Below are positions 1 through 11,927 of a DNA stretch of 64,000 nucleotides, piece by piece (position 1 is the stretch's first letter; the number at the start of each line of letters is the position of its first letter). Position numbers and translations under genes: made by a program. The notes beneath the pieces were generated by a model that saw nothing but the letters and a program-made list of their open reading frames with translations, was not told the origin of the DNA and did not search any database. The stretch is from Parasitella parasitica NRRL 2501 (lineage: Eukaryota > Fungi > Mucoromycota): positions 1 through 64,000 of the forward strand of contig MU619353.1 of NCBI GenBank assembly GCA_025201805.1, written 5' to 3'.

Positions 1-34
1 AAAAAAAAAAAAAAAAAAAAAAAAGAAACTCGAA

Positions 35-2239
35 TTAATGATCCTTGGAGTAGATATCAAATTGCTTGACAAGACCATCAATTTTATCAGAGGTGTAGCC
101 TCCATTAATGACATTCCTTGCTTCTTGAACCTTACCAAAGACATTGAACAAAACGAGGCCAACAACCTTTTGATCGCGAACATAAAATACAAGGCCCTTA
201 CCAAACTTCTCGTTTTGAATAGAGGTCATGTTGCTAGCCTTGACAGCCTCAGTAACACTGCCAGTAGCAGTTTCAGTTGGAGTAGCACGAGGACTGTCAG
301 CCTCAGAAGCAGCGGCAGCAGCAGGAGTATCTTGTGCAGTAGCTTTAGCCCATACGCTCACAGTAGATAGTTGTGAGTCGATCAAACCAACAGCCTCATA
401 GCCAATTTCAGGTCCCAAATCAGACCAAAACATGGATTGATGGTTGTACGCGCGGTTGTAACCCACCATATTCTCACCTGCATGACGACCACTTAATACG
501 GCATGGTCATGGTGTTCAATACGACGACGACCTAATTGAACGTCGTGGAAGGATACCATATCACCAGCAGCGTAAACATCACTACGAGCTTCAAGTTCAG
601 CATTAACAACAACACCTGATCGCTTTTCGTCAATCTCTAACCCAGCTTCACGAGCTAAATCAATGCGAGGTTCGATGCCGATGGCAACAAGGACATGATC
701 AACAGTGACAGAAGCACCGTCCATTAATCCAATTGTAATCTTTCCTGTCTCCTTATCAGTTGAGACAAACTTTACAGTGCTGTTTTCTTTGACATTCACA
801 CCCACTATTTAAAATTTTTAAATCGAGCTATTTCGAGTGCCAAGTTGCTAAAATCTACTTACATTTACGGACACGGCTGGTAGTCCATTTGGTCAAATAG
901 CCGGGGAAAACATTGGCCATGTTACCATCTGATAGAAATAGTGTTAATGTTTTCATTCCAAATGCTTGAATTGGATTACCTTCAGGGAAGATTTGTGTTA
1001 CTTTTAAGTTCTCTTTCCCAGCTGTAAATGTACGCAATGTTAACAATTAATGAATAGAACTTCTCTATACAGATCAATCAGCATATAAAAAAAACTCACA
1101 GCGATGGGCGAGAGCAACAGCAAGCTCAGAGCCGAGGAAGCCACCACCAACAACCGCGATATGAGCTCCATCCTTGGCAATCTTGTCCAATTTTTGGAAA
1201 TCGCGAATATCACGGAAAGTGGTAACATGATCACTTTCTTCTGTTTGAGTGGGCAGCTTTTTGGGTTGACCACCTGTAGCCAACAATACCTTGTTGTAAT
1301 AAATAACACTACCATCATCTAGAGTGACAGTGTGGTCTTCGACATTCAGTTTAGAGACAGACTTGTTGAGTAATAATTTAATCTTATTAGTCTCAATATC
1401 AGATCCAGAAGCATCCTCAATCAGCTCGTACTCTGATACATCCTTGTAAATAGTGCTATGAATCATGTTAGGTTGTACATAGTTAGCTTTATAGGATGTA
1501 TATTTCTTACTTCCTCTCGGTTCCTGACCACTATAAAAATAAAACAAAAGAGTTTAGCTACCATTCTTATTTTTGGCATTCATGTGTCTTACGTCCTTAA
1601 ATACCAATTTTTTTCCAACTTCAGGGTCTTCTGAGAACCAGAGTTCCTTGGACAAAGGAGGTCTATATAAATTACTTAAAAATTTGCCTTTAGACAGTTG
1701 ATTGAGGCTCAAACAATACCTCATATATGGTGCATAGCCCTCATCCCCAATGATGATAACCTAATCTAAAATTGAACAATATGTTGCTTGTACTTTAGTC
1801 ATTCACTTACATTAGCCTCAGGATTCTTTTCTTTGATAGCTTGAGCAGCAGCAAATGAAGCAGTACCAGCACCAACAAGGACATAGGGCTTTTGGACCTT
1901 TTTGACAGGTGCAGCAACCTCCTTCTCTTCTCCTGCTTGCTCTTTCTCAACAGTAGCGGCCGTAGTAGTGTTGGAAGTAGGTTGAATAGTGTGGACATGA
2001 GAAGGGGTGCGGTCCCCATCCTTCTTCTTGGGTGGAGGGGGAGACGTCAATTTGAATAAAATTGGGCCAAATACCAAAAAACTCCCAATTGCCCAGGGAA
2101 CATTACTGCTCTCTGCCTTTGCTGAACCATGAGAAACGACAGGAGTAGAATAAAAGCGAGTTGCCTTTTGAGTGTTGACCAAGCCTCTTCTTGACGTAAA
2201 ACGAATAGAATGACCTGCTGTAGCCTTTAAAAAGTTCAT
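35..2239 (-). CDS. AIFM1: Mitochondrial apoptosis-inducing factor (AIFM1-type FAD/NADH oxidoreductase), multi-exon
   Basis: Basic presequence and TM segment; FAD motif VLVGAGTAS, YMRPPLSK, LLATGG, NADH motif VVGGGFLGSELA, RRRIEHHDHA and HQSMFWSDLGPEIGYEAVG. GT-AG introns join ORFs 1799-2239, 1074-1547 and 35-805. Confidence 0.9.
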
Positions 2240-2811
2240 TGTTGTATTTCCGAGGCAAGAAAAAAGATTACAAGCTTGTTAAATGCTGCCATTTAAATAA
2301 GGTACAATACAAGCAGCGGGCAACAGCCGTAGACCCCAATGTTGTGCTATAGATGACGTCGAAGGTAGCACCACAATAGATCGTTTAGATAAACATGTTA
2401 ACAGATAGATGTCTAAAAATGCATTCTCTATGGATGAACTCAAATAGGTCGAATCTTTAGATAATTTCTGTTTAAAGAACACTCAAATTGTACATGTTCT
2501 TTCATAAATGATATTGTTCTTGGTTAATTTATTGAAGAGGGAATTACGTATAATTTAATTTGAAAAATAGTAAAGAAATAGAGAAATGTGAGAGTGTATA
2601 TGTGTTTATAAAAAGTGACAAAGAGGATCCTATAGTATTATCTTTTGCTTTTTTTTTCTTTTTTTTTCTNNNNNNNNNNNNNNNNNNNNNNNNNNNNNNN
2701 NNNNNNNNNNNNNNNNNNNAAGTTGTGTAGTTTATGATACAGGAGTTTTTATACATATATACACCCACTCCTGTGGGAGGTAAGCCAAGTTCAAAAATTA
2801 CTACATTCTCT

Positions 2812-5626
2812 CTAAGCAACGATTTCATGATTATCATCTTGTTGCTCCTGCTGTTGCTGGTTACCATAAACAATGGCTGCACCCTCATTCAAGGGACGCA
2901 GTTCTTGATCAAGATCAGGTTCTTGTAAGCCGTAAGTAACGCCCAACTTCTCCACCTCTAATGGTTGGAGTATTAGTGCACCATTTCATAAATCCAACGT
3001 TTAAAAACTTACTCTGAATGAGATGCTTTCCATAGGTATACTTCTTTAATGATTGCAAATGGGGTCTGATTTTGTTAACGAGAATCTCTCGTTGATCGTC
3101 ATCAACAACATCCAGCATCTTTTGTACAACATAGTTGGCATATTGATCTTTCATCATTGTGACAAGAGGATATGTTCTAGTTATATGTGTGTTAGTCGAT
3201 TACATCTCAAACGTTTTGTCGATGACTCACCCATCGGCGCGGTTTTGGATAACTTCCTCAATCAAGAGCTGTCTGTCACGTTTGCTGCCATAGTCCACAC
3301 ATTTCTCGACCACATTACTGGCAAATTTGTGCTTGCTCAAGGGCAAGATTTGTCCCAAAATCTTTTCGACAATTCTAGCTTTATCTTCTGGCCTGCCACG
3401 TTCCAAGATATGCTGAATTACGTAATTTCCATATTGATCTTGTACAAGTTGATTAGTGCAACGGTGTAGCTCGTCTAAAAGAGGTCCAGTCTGGGATTCT
3501 GTGCAATGCTCAAACATGCGCTGAATGACACGACAGCCATAAGGATGGGTAGCCAGGTTGTACACTTGACCGTGAAAAGCATCAATAATAAATTGGATAT
3601 GCTGGACAGGGACACGCTCAATGGCTTTTTGAATGACATGATTGCCGTTTTGATCCTTGATGCATTTTAAAACACATCCATCTAATTCACCAACAAGTGT
3701 AGCTTGCTGCTCTGTCAATACATGCTCCAATGCCTTTTGAACAACCCGACAACCATACATTTGCAGTGACAAGGATAAAACATGGCCTTCCATTTGCTTG
3801 GCTAAGATGGATTTTTGCATTTGATTGCCATGTTCAAAGAATTTTTGTAATACGTAATTGCCAAAAACATCTGTCATTAATTGAAGTGCATTAGGTAACA
3901 CCTCTTCGAACACCATTTGCTTTTCTTCGCTATTGGCAGTTTCAAGCTTTTGTTGAATAAACCGAGATCCGTGTTGATCACCACTGAATTCAACAATATG
4001 TCCAGCAATATCTTTTAGTTCATACTTCTTGTTCTTGGAATTTCTGAATTCTTCTAAAAGAGCAGATCGAATACTCAAGGCAAGATCCTGAGAAGAGGAT
4101 CTCGAACTTTGATCTTGGTGTTGCTGATGGTGTTGCTGTTGATGCTGTTGTTGGTGTTGCTGATGGTGTTGGTGTTGATGCTGTCGACCACGTGATTGGT
4201 TGCCATGATGCTGATTCATGCTTCCCATATTTCCATGGTTACCGCTTCCTGCATTGCCGACTCCATAACGTTGTTGTTGCAACAATAACTGTTGGTGAGC
4301 AGCTAATAGTTGCTGCTGCTGTTGTCTTAACAAAATTTGTTGCTGCTGTAATTGTAAGGCACGTAACTTCTTGTCGTTATTACCTAAACTGTCAGCCATA
4401 GGAAACCCTGTAGGGTCATACGGAGCGGGAGCAGTTAAAGGGCCTTGCTTATTGCGAAAATGATTAACGGCAGCAGTATCTTCGCTTGACCATTTTCCGT
4501 AAACGGACTCATATTCTTCATTTCCAGCTAAATCAAGAGCAGCATTGGATAGCGGACTAGTTTCATTGCTATAATAAGGATAAGGTTGATGGCGGATTTG
4601 ATTGTTGTCGCTGTAACGAATATAGTCATCTTCGTCACCAAGGCCAAAGCTACCGAATTGCTTCATCAACATGTCATCACCATTCTCGTAATACATATTA
4701 CCAGCGGAAACATTGCCGTGGCTAGTAGGAGGAGTAGAGTTGGAACGAGCAGGAGAAAACCGGGGCGATATAGAAGATCGCAAAGCATTGATACGAGAAG
4801 GGATAGGATTTTGCTGCCCACCAGAGGCTTGCTGTTGTTGCTGTTGTTGCTGTTGTTGCTGTAGCAAACTATCGTGGCTGTGGCTATTATTGATATACAT
4901 TCTATCGACAGCGTCTAAGTCAACACCATCGTTCTGAAAAGCAAACATGGGAGAAGTCGTGCGAGCGAAATCCTGCTAATTAATTTTAATATCCGATATA
5001 ACTTCATTAGAAACTATGTTTCACCTTTTGAATAAAGTCAACCAACTTTCCCTTGCGATTCAGCAAATCACCTTGTTGTTGGTGTTGTTGCTGATGTTGT
5101 TGCTGTTGTTGTTGTTGGTGATAAACTTGACGTTGTTGAGTACGAATACTATCATTCTTCTCTTGTCCAGGAATAATTTCTATGGTAATACATTTAGCAT
5201 CTTTTCAATATAACTTTCAATCTATACATGTATACCATTATCGGTACTTCCATTTTTCCACAAATTCCAAGCTTGCCCGGGATCATAAGCAGATGATTGA
5301 GAAGTAGAGGGGGAGCCATTACTGGATTTCATATCTCGAGAACCTCTAGACAAGCCTTGGATAGGAGGAGCACTACTCGAACGGTCATAGTTCGCTTCAT
5401 CATTTGGAAAAAGAGAGGACGCGCTTGTATGGCTAAACAGATCGTAGTCATACTCAGGCTGTAGCAAAGCAGCAAGCTATATTTGAGAACATCAATATAT
5501 TTCCCATGAAACACACTTTGAGAATATCCAAACCTGTTGCCCTTGAGGAGCATTTGTGGCCTGAGGTTGCTGTAAATTATTTGTCTTTTTCGGAGACAAT
5601 GAGTCATTCATTAAACTGGGCATCAT
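2812..5626 (-). CDS. Pumilio/PUF-family RNA-binding protein with Q/H-rich N-terminal region
   Basis: Eight PUF repeats ([89 protein letters not shown]). Start ATGATGCCC at 5626 and stop TAG at 2812 inferred by splicing. Confidence 0.92.
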
Positions 5627-7561
5627 TTTCACTTTTTTTTTTCTTCGTTTCAAAAATATGGAATATTTACAAATTTACAAATATACAAAGAAAAAAAAAA
5701 GAGAAAGAAATAGTTATTAGACTACAAACAAAAACAAAGAAGCAAGATGTAGATATGTCTTCTTCAAACGTTTGTTTGTTAGGTTAACCAATGAAAAAAG
5801 ATATATGTTTAAAGAAAGAAAAGAAAGAAGAAAAGCGTGAAAAAGAAGAAGGGAGGGAATTTATTTTTGTGATGTGGAAGGCCTTGTTCTTTGTTGTTGG
5901 TTGTTGCGGCAGTCAAATCTCTAAAAATATCATCACAAGATTTGGAAGGCTCAAAGGTTTTTTCTATTCCAAATACATGTGTTTTCTCATGATCATTATG
6001 CAATGTGTAATGGTATATGTTGTTAAGGCTTGATAATCCTAAATAAGGGCGCAACAGGATATTTTTTTTATTTTCAATACAGTTACAAAAATGGCTTTAT
6101 CGTTAAGTATATTGTGATATTCATATTAATGCTTTGATATTTATATACAAGCTAAATAAGTGAACATTTTATCGGCAGACTTAATTTAATGGAACAAGTC
6201 CATCTACTTCAAGGTCGCAGATAAAAAACACTTCTGTCGCTTCAAACATTGCCGTTCGTAATGAAATCAGTGGCGAAGCAAACCACACTGAATCCTGTGA
6301 TGGACATGATGGGCGAAGAACTGATAGTGTATATTTTTCAGCCCAAAAACGATGAATAATCTCCCACAGATCTAGACATTCAACTCAAGTTTAATCATCT
6401 TTGTGAGCCTTGTACTGTTCATTGCTGCTCTAATGTGTACGATGAGACGAAAGCCTCATTGGTCTTAAGCGTGTTCAACTTTGATGGAATCGTAGAGGAA
6501 TTATCCTTTGATAAAGCATTCAGGATAGGGGTTGAGCCCTACTACGCCTTATCATACCTAGGTCAAGTGTGTTGAGAATAAACGGTAATAATAGTGATTT
6601 AATCAGGGAGAACATAGTAGTGACTTCAGGGTCAACAAGCTTTACCATAATATCACAATTTGAAAAGTCAGGGCCAAATCATGCTTGTTTGATATCTTTC
6701 CACCAAGCATCGCCACTACTAGAGAGATACAATATAACCAAGTGCCTGTACTCTACTTTGGTCTGCACCACTTCGCGGTACCCAGCACGTGCCGCCGCAG
6801 GCCTGTTTCCTTTCAAGAATCCGTCCAAGCTTCTCACTCACAAAATCCCGCCACGCTTGTTGATAATGACGACCTCTTTAGCGAATAATTAATCATCAAT
6901 GGATAATATGCTGGTTCCAATACTACCTAGTTGTAAAACCTTCTTCACTTTTCCACTTCTCCACTTCTTCATTTTCATGGTATAGAGAAATAGCAATTTT
7001 GATCTGTTACTTGTGCTAATAAAGACATTCCTTCCTATTACTTATCTAAAATGACCAGACATACATGTCAAACTCTGGAGTCAGCCTTATCCAATACGTA
7101 CCTTGTTCCTACTGCATGCCTATACTAAACGTAAACAGTTGGCTGCAAAAGACACTAATTTTCATAACCAAAAGAATGCATACAAACACTTATATCTTAG
7201 AATAAAATACAAACTATGCCATGTTTAACATTCGTCTGGTACTATTACAATAAGTGCTATTTGATACATGTTTCACTTCCACTGAGCGACGCATAGATCG
7301 AAATGTTGCATTTTTTAAATTATGCCTAATATAATTACAATTTTCGTTACTGCAACCGAAAGTTGATTTTTATATCAATGAACCCCATAGGAAGCCCAAT
7401 GCACTAATTTATCAAAAAACTTTAAGAATACGGTTGGCAACATTTTGAAAAGCCAACAAATCCAGTTGGGCGGGTTGAAAGTATTGGTTTTTATTAGTAA
7501 ATTAGTATAAAAAGTAAAGGTCTAGTTGATCGAAGAGGGTATCCAAACATAATCAGAGCAA

Positions 7562-8914
7562 TTATTTTATGGGTGCTTTCACTTCCATTATTCTTCCACT
7601 TCGACGAGCCCACTCAGCACAAGCTTTATTTTGTTGATCGCATAAAGTCAACAAAACTTTTCTTTGTACCAGTTCGGCAACTGATGCCCAGTCATCCACC
7701 CAGTGACACTCTTTCATTTCAAAAACGGATAGATTTGGACAATAATCAACATAAGCTCGAATGGTTTTGTTGGTAATACGATAGCAATTGTTGACAGAGA
7801 TGCGTTCTAACCCACTTCCACGACATTTAGCTAACAAGATTAAACATTCATCAGTCATGTCACAACCAGCTAACCCTAGAACAGCGACTTTTGTCTGTTG
7901 GGCTATTAAATTGATAGATTTCATTGTAATCTTCTCTCTGTCACGGACACGACCCACGTTAAGATGCTTCAGGTTGGGGCAATGGTTGGCAATGGATTGA
8001 ATGGAGACGTCTGAAATGAGGCCACAAGCTCTTAGATCCAAATGCTCTAGTTTTGGACAATTCTTGGCTACGCTGAGCACTGCATAATCTGTAATTTTAT
8101 TGCATCCGGCTAATGAAAGGTAGGTTAATGACTGGTTGTTGTGTGCGATGAATCTGTAAATAGAGTTATCAGATAAATGGTCGCAGATGTAGATATCTAA
8201 TTTCTCTAGTTTATGCGTATATTGGCCCAATTGTTGCAATGGATCATTGATAGACTTTTCTTTGATCTTTTTTAACGTAATGGAGCGCACGGCAGATCTA
8301 TACTGATGATGGTGGATTGACATTGATGGCTGGGGCTGCTGCTGCTGGTGATAATGGGTTCCAGATCTGGTATTTCGTTGCTGTTGTGGCAAGTGGTCAT
8401 AATTTAAGAACATGGGATCTTCATTCATATCAGAGTCATGCGCAGCAAGGGTTGCAAAATGTGGAGTACTTTCTAAATTTGGCTTCAAAATACTTAATCG
8501 CTTGTCGGTAAGTAAAGACATCATTGATGATGATTTTGGTGCAGCAATAGCCAAACCAGCGGCTAATGAGTTTGGTGAGACTTCCACAGCCGACGAGGAT
8601 GTTTTCGAACGGCCAGATAACGTAGAAGCAAATTTCAAAAATGCTTCGTATTCTAATTTTGAATCGTGAAAGGTAACATTTCTCCAAATGAGTCTTGTTG
8701 CACAATCATGCCATAATATATTAACAAACAAGCAAGCGTGTATATGTCGATACACCATTGTCTTGTTGCTTTCATTGCTTTGATATGGATTTGTTAGGTA
8801 TGATAGGATATGATTGACAATTTCAGGTAATCTCAGAGCCAAATGAGCCCCAATTGCTCGCTGTTGTTGTTGTTGCTGTTGTTGGTTGTTGCGGCGCTGA
8901 AGTTGTAATGCCAT
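7562..8914 (-). CDS. F-box-like/LRR (RNI-like) protein, Amn1-like
   Basis: Single 450-aa ORF; LRLPEIVNHILSYL...CLFVNILWH F-box-like segment and Cys-containing LRRs (LSLAGCNKITD, LDLRACGLISD, LGLAGCDMTD). Confidence 0.8.
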   Translation of the reverse strand: MALQLQRRNNQQQQQQQQRAIGAHLALRLPEIVNHILSYLTNPYQSNESNKTMVYRHIHACLFVNILWHDCATRLIWRNVTFHDSKLEYEAFLKFASTLSGRSKTSSSAVEVSPNSLAAGLAIAAPKSSSMMSLLTDKRLSILKPNLESTPHFATLAAHDSDMNEDPMFLNYDHLPQQQRNTRSGTHYHQQQQPQPSMSIHHHQYRSAVRSITLKKIKEKSINDPLQQLGQYTHKLEKLDIYICDHLSDNSIYRFIAHNNQSLTYLSLAGCNKITDYAVLSVAKNCPKLEHLDLRACGLISDVSIQSIANHCPNLKHLNVGRVRDREKITMKSINLIAQQTKVAVLGLAGCDMTDECLILLAKCRGSGLERISVNNCYRITNKTIRAYVDYCPNLSVFEMKECHWVDDWASVAELVQRKVLLTLCDQQNKACAEWARRSGRIMEVKAPIK

Positions 8915-9062
8915 GATTTATACGAAATGGAGATATTGGAATGAAAAAGAGGACGAGAAGCATCGCTTACGGAAGTTTTCCATTTAAACACTTTGGTAAT
9001 AGCTATACTAACAAACAATCAATGATAAATCATAGTGAAGTTTATTTATCCGAAATTACAAT

Positions 9063-11045
9063 TTAAATCTTGGGTCTAAACAATTGACGCTCTTCAAAGC
9101 GAATAGGTACAATCATCAGGTCTTTAAGTCTTTGAATTTCAATTGAGGAGAGTTGACATTCTTGGCGAATGTAGCCTTCAATAGATCCGTATCTCGCTTT
9201 GACTTGACGAATAGTTTCTTTCATGGCGAGGTAGCTAATGACAGATATTAGTCGCTGTTAATAGGCCCAATATTTACACATTGGCAGAACTTACGGTGCA
9301 GACATCACCATTCGCATGTCTTTTACAGTAACACTTAGCATTTGAGCTTTTCTCTCCAATTCATGTTCAGGTTCTGTAACAGCATGTGATGTTAATAAAA
9401 AAACGATTTACATAATTAAAAAGCGGCTTACCCCAATAGCCCAGATTACTCAAAGCGTATTCATTCGCAATCACTTCGTCATCAACACCGCATAAGCCTA
9501 GTAGCAGCATGCCAAATACACCAGTTCTATCTTTACCAGCAGTGCAATGAACAATGATGGATTTGGTGGATGTAGTCGAGTGATTTTCAATCAAATGAAG
9601 GAAAATTTTACGATATTGAGGAGCTCCCTTTTCTAAAATGACTGCATATACTTTAGGGAAACCATAAGCTCCCTCAAAATAGCCTTTCCAACGAGTAGCT
9701 AGTGCTGCAGGAGAATAGTCAGCCTCTGTAAACATGGCAGATGGGTAACGAGTCAGTCCATTTACTTTTGGCATCACACCCTGTCTTTCTATCTCTGGAT
9801 CAGATCGAAAATCAAAAGCTGCAATGACATTTAATTTATTCAATGTCTCTATGCCTTGCGTTGTGATATCTACAAGATGCCCGCATCTAAACACAGTTCT
9901 TTCTCTGATATAACCGCTGCCATCCTTAAGTGGCCACCCTCCAATGTCTCTAAAATTCTTGACACCTGGAACGTCAATCCATCGAGGAATACAAACGCTC
10001 ACATGCTGGCCCATCAATAAAGCTTTTTGGTACGCATCTTTTGTATGCTTATTGAAATGCTCAATAATTGTGCTGATCAAGAGTTCATGCTGATTAGTAA
10101 ATTGGTGATCTGCATCAGGTACCAGAGTCAAAGTGTGATTGGATATTTGGTTGGAATACATGGCAGCATGATATGCAGGGACAACCTGGCGTTTCCGTTA
10201 GTAAATGAATAAGGTACATATAATATACCAACATATACCTCATCTTGTATCCCGTGAATGGTATGTACACAAGTTGCTTTGGGCATGCGGACCACTATAA
10301 CATATTAGTAGTGCAAAAGTGAGTGTTACAATGCAACATTTAAGCTGTAGTAATAAGAAATACCGTGTGAATTATCCCATTCACGAAAGCTTTGGATGTC
10401 ATTTTGATGGATCTTGATTGAAACCAATTCTCCTTTCTGGTACACTTTGTAGTCCTGTTTTGCCTCCAATCAATATTTGAAAACGATGCCTCTCGTCTAC
10501 AAAGACTCACCTCGGGAACTTCAATTTCCTTGATATCAAACGGTGCTGCAATGTTGATATAATGAGCCAAAGGTTTATCACAAGTGGTTGCATATTTTAA
10601 TCCACTCAAAGATCCTAAACCATAAGCAATAATTGCAAATATTTGATAACCAAGATTCTCAAAATGTCGAGCAACAGCATGAATATCAGCTGTATGTTTC
10701 TACAGCAAGAATATTGAATATGTATGACATTACTTATTTCTCGTACTCAATGGATACTTTACAGCAATGATACGGCCAAAATCGAATTCTCCTTCGCTTT
10801 CTCCATTACCGCTCAGATCAAAACGAAAAGAGGTGAATGGCAAACCTTCAGCTAGCTCTGCCTGATAAAGGCCATCTTTATGACCTGTATTGTTATGGAT
10901 GATTAAATGTCGCTCCGGGGAGTAAGGCTACATGAAACTAACCTTGTTCGCCATGAATAATAAGCACAACTCTATCGCTGGATTTTTCAATGAGATGACC
11001 AACAAGGGGTTCCCTACTTTCATTGGCAATACTTGTCAGTGTCAT
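9063..11045 (-). CDS. Fusion of an alpha/beta-hydrolase-fold domain (nucleophile Ser absent) and a tyrosine/lipid phosphatase-like (Y_phosphatase3) domain
   Basis: Spliced N-terminus VVLIIHGEQGHK, FRFDLSGNGESEG, TIHGIQDEVVP, PDADHQF. C-terminus VKNFRDIGG, DFRSDPE, P-loop HCTAGKDRTG, EYALS. The two domains meet inside one exon (ORF 9367-10161). Confidence 0.85.
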
Positions 11046-11927
11046 CTTTTTTTTTTTTTTTTTTATAAATGATGAGAAGAAAAAGAGAGATTGTGAAATT
11101 CGATAAAAAAAGAAAAGAAAAAAGATGCAGCAGCAAATTTCGAGTTTAATGAGCGGTCATGCCAGATTTCTGGGAAATGTGCAAATGGTAAATGTCATTT
11201 TGACTGGGAGATGTTTCTTGAAGCTCGGATGTCATGTGCTTGCAGATAAAGTTTGCCCTGAAGGAACTAAATAGCAAAATGATAGTTCCATCATCGTCCA
11301 AAAGCTACCTACTGTAATTGAAAGCTCTAGTAGTTGTCTCATTGGCATGAAGTGAAATTTTATTATTAGGAAGCTGCTGTAAATGATCATTGCACAATGT
11401 AGAATACCAGTAATTACTTACGTAACCCAGTTTAAGCAAGCCAAAGCATATTCGATTGAGACTACCGTGTATAAAGATGTAAAATTTCTGTGATGAAAGG
11501 AGTGAATTTAGAATAGCGTGTATTGTGTGCAGTGTCATTGCTTTTTGCAAGGAAAGTTGGATGCAGAAGTTGCTTTAAATGAGAACAATGTGTAACTCAA
11601 AATACAGTAGAAGATTTAATTAGCACTTTCCTCAGGTATGCACTAGTAATACATCGGTCTTTTTTATTCCTATGTCTATGTTGCCCTAGTATGGCTACTA
11701 ACTAAAAATACGGTGGCATCTTGTTACGGATGAACTAAATTTCACATACAAAGGAAAGAAAAAAAAAAAAAAAAATAGTCCGGCCAAGAAAGGGCATTTC
11801 AAAACATGGAAGAGAGGCGTGTGAAGATCTCTTTTCCCTTCTTTCGTTTTCTGTAAATATACTCCAAGAAGCAATTTCTCTGGCTTTGCTCTTTCTTTCT
11901 TGATTTTGAATTGCATTAGAATCGCTT

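Noticed and set aside
4713-4937. Poly-Cys and poly-Leu ORFs on the plus strand
   Set aside because: Antisense readings of CAG/CAA poly-Gln codons in the PUF gene.
6200-7000. Higher-GC stretch with short ORFs, possibly a decayed gene
   Set aside because: No recognisable motif in any frame; I cannot support a call.
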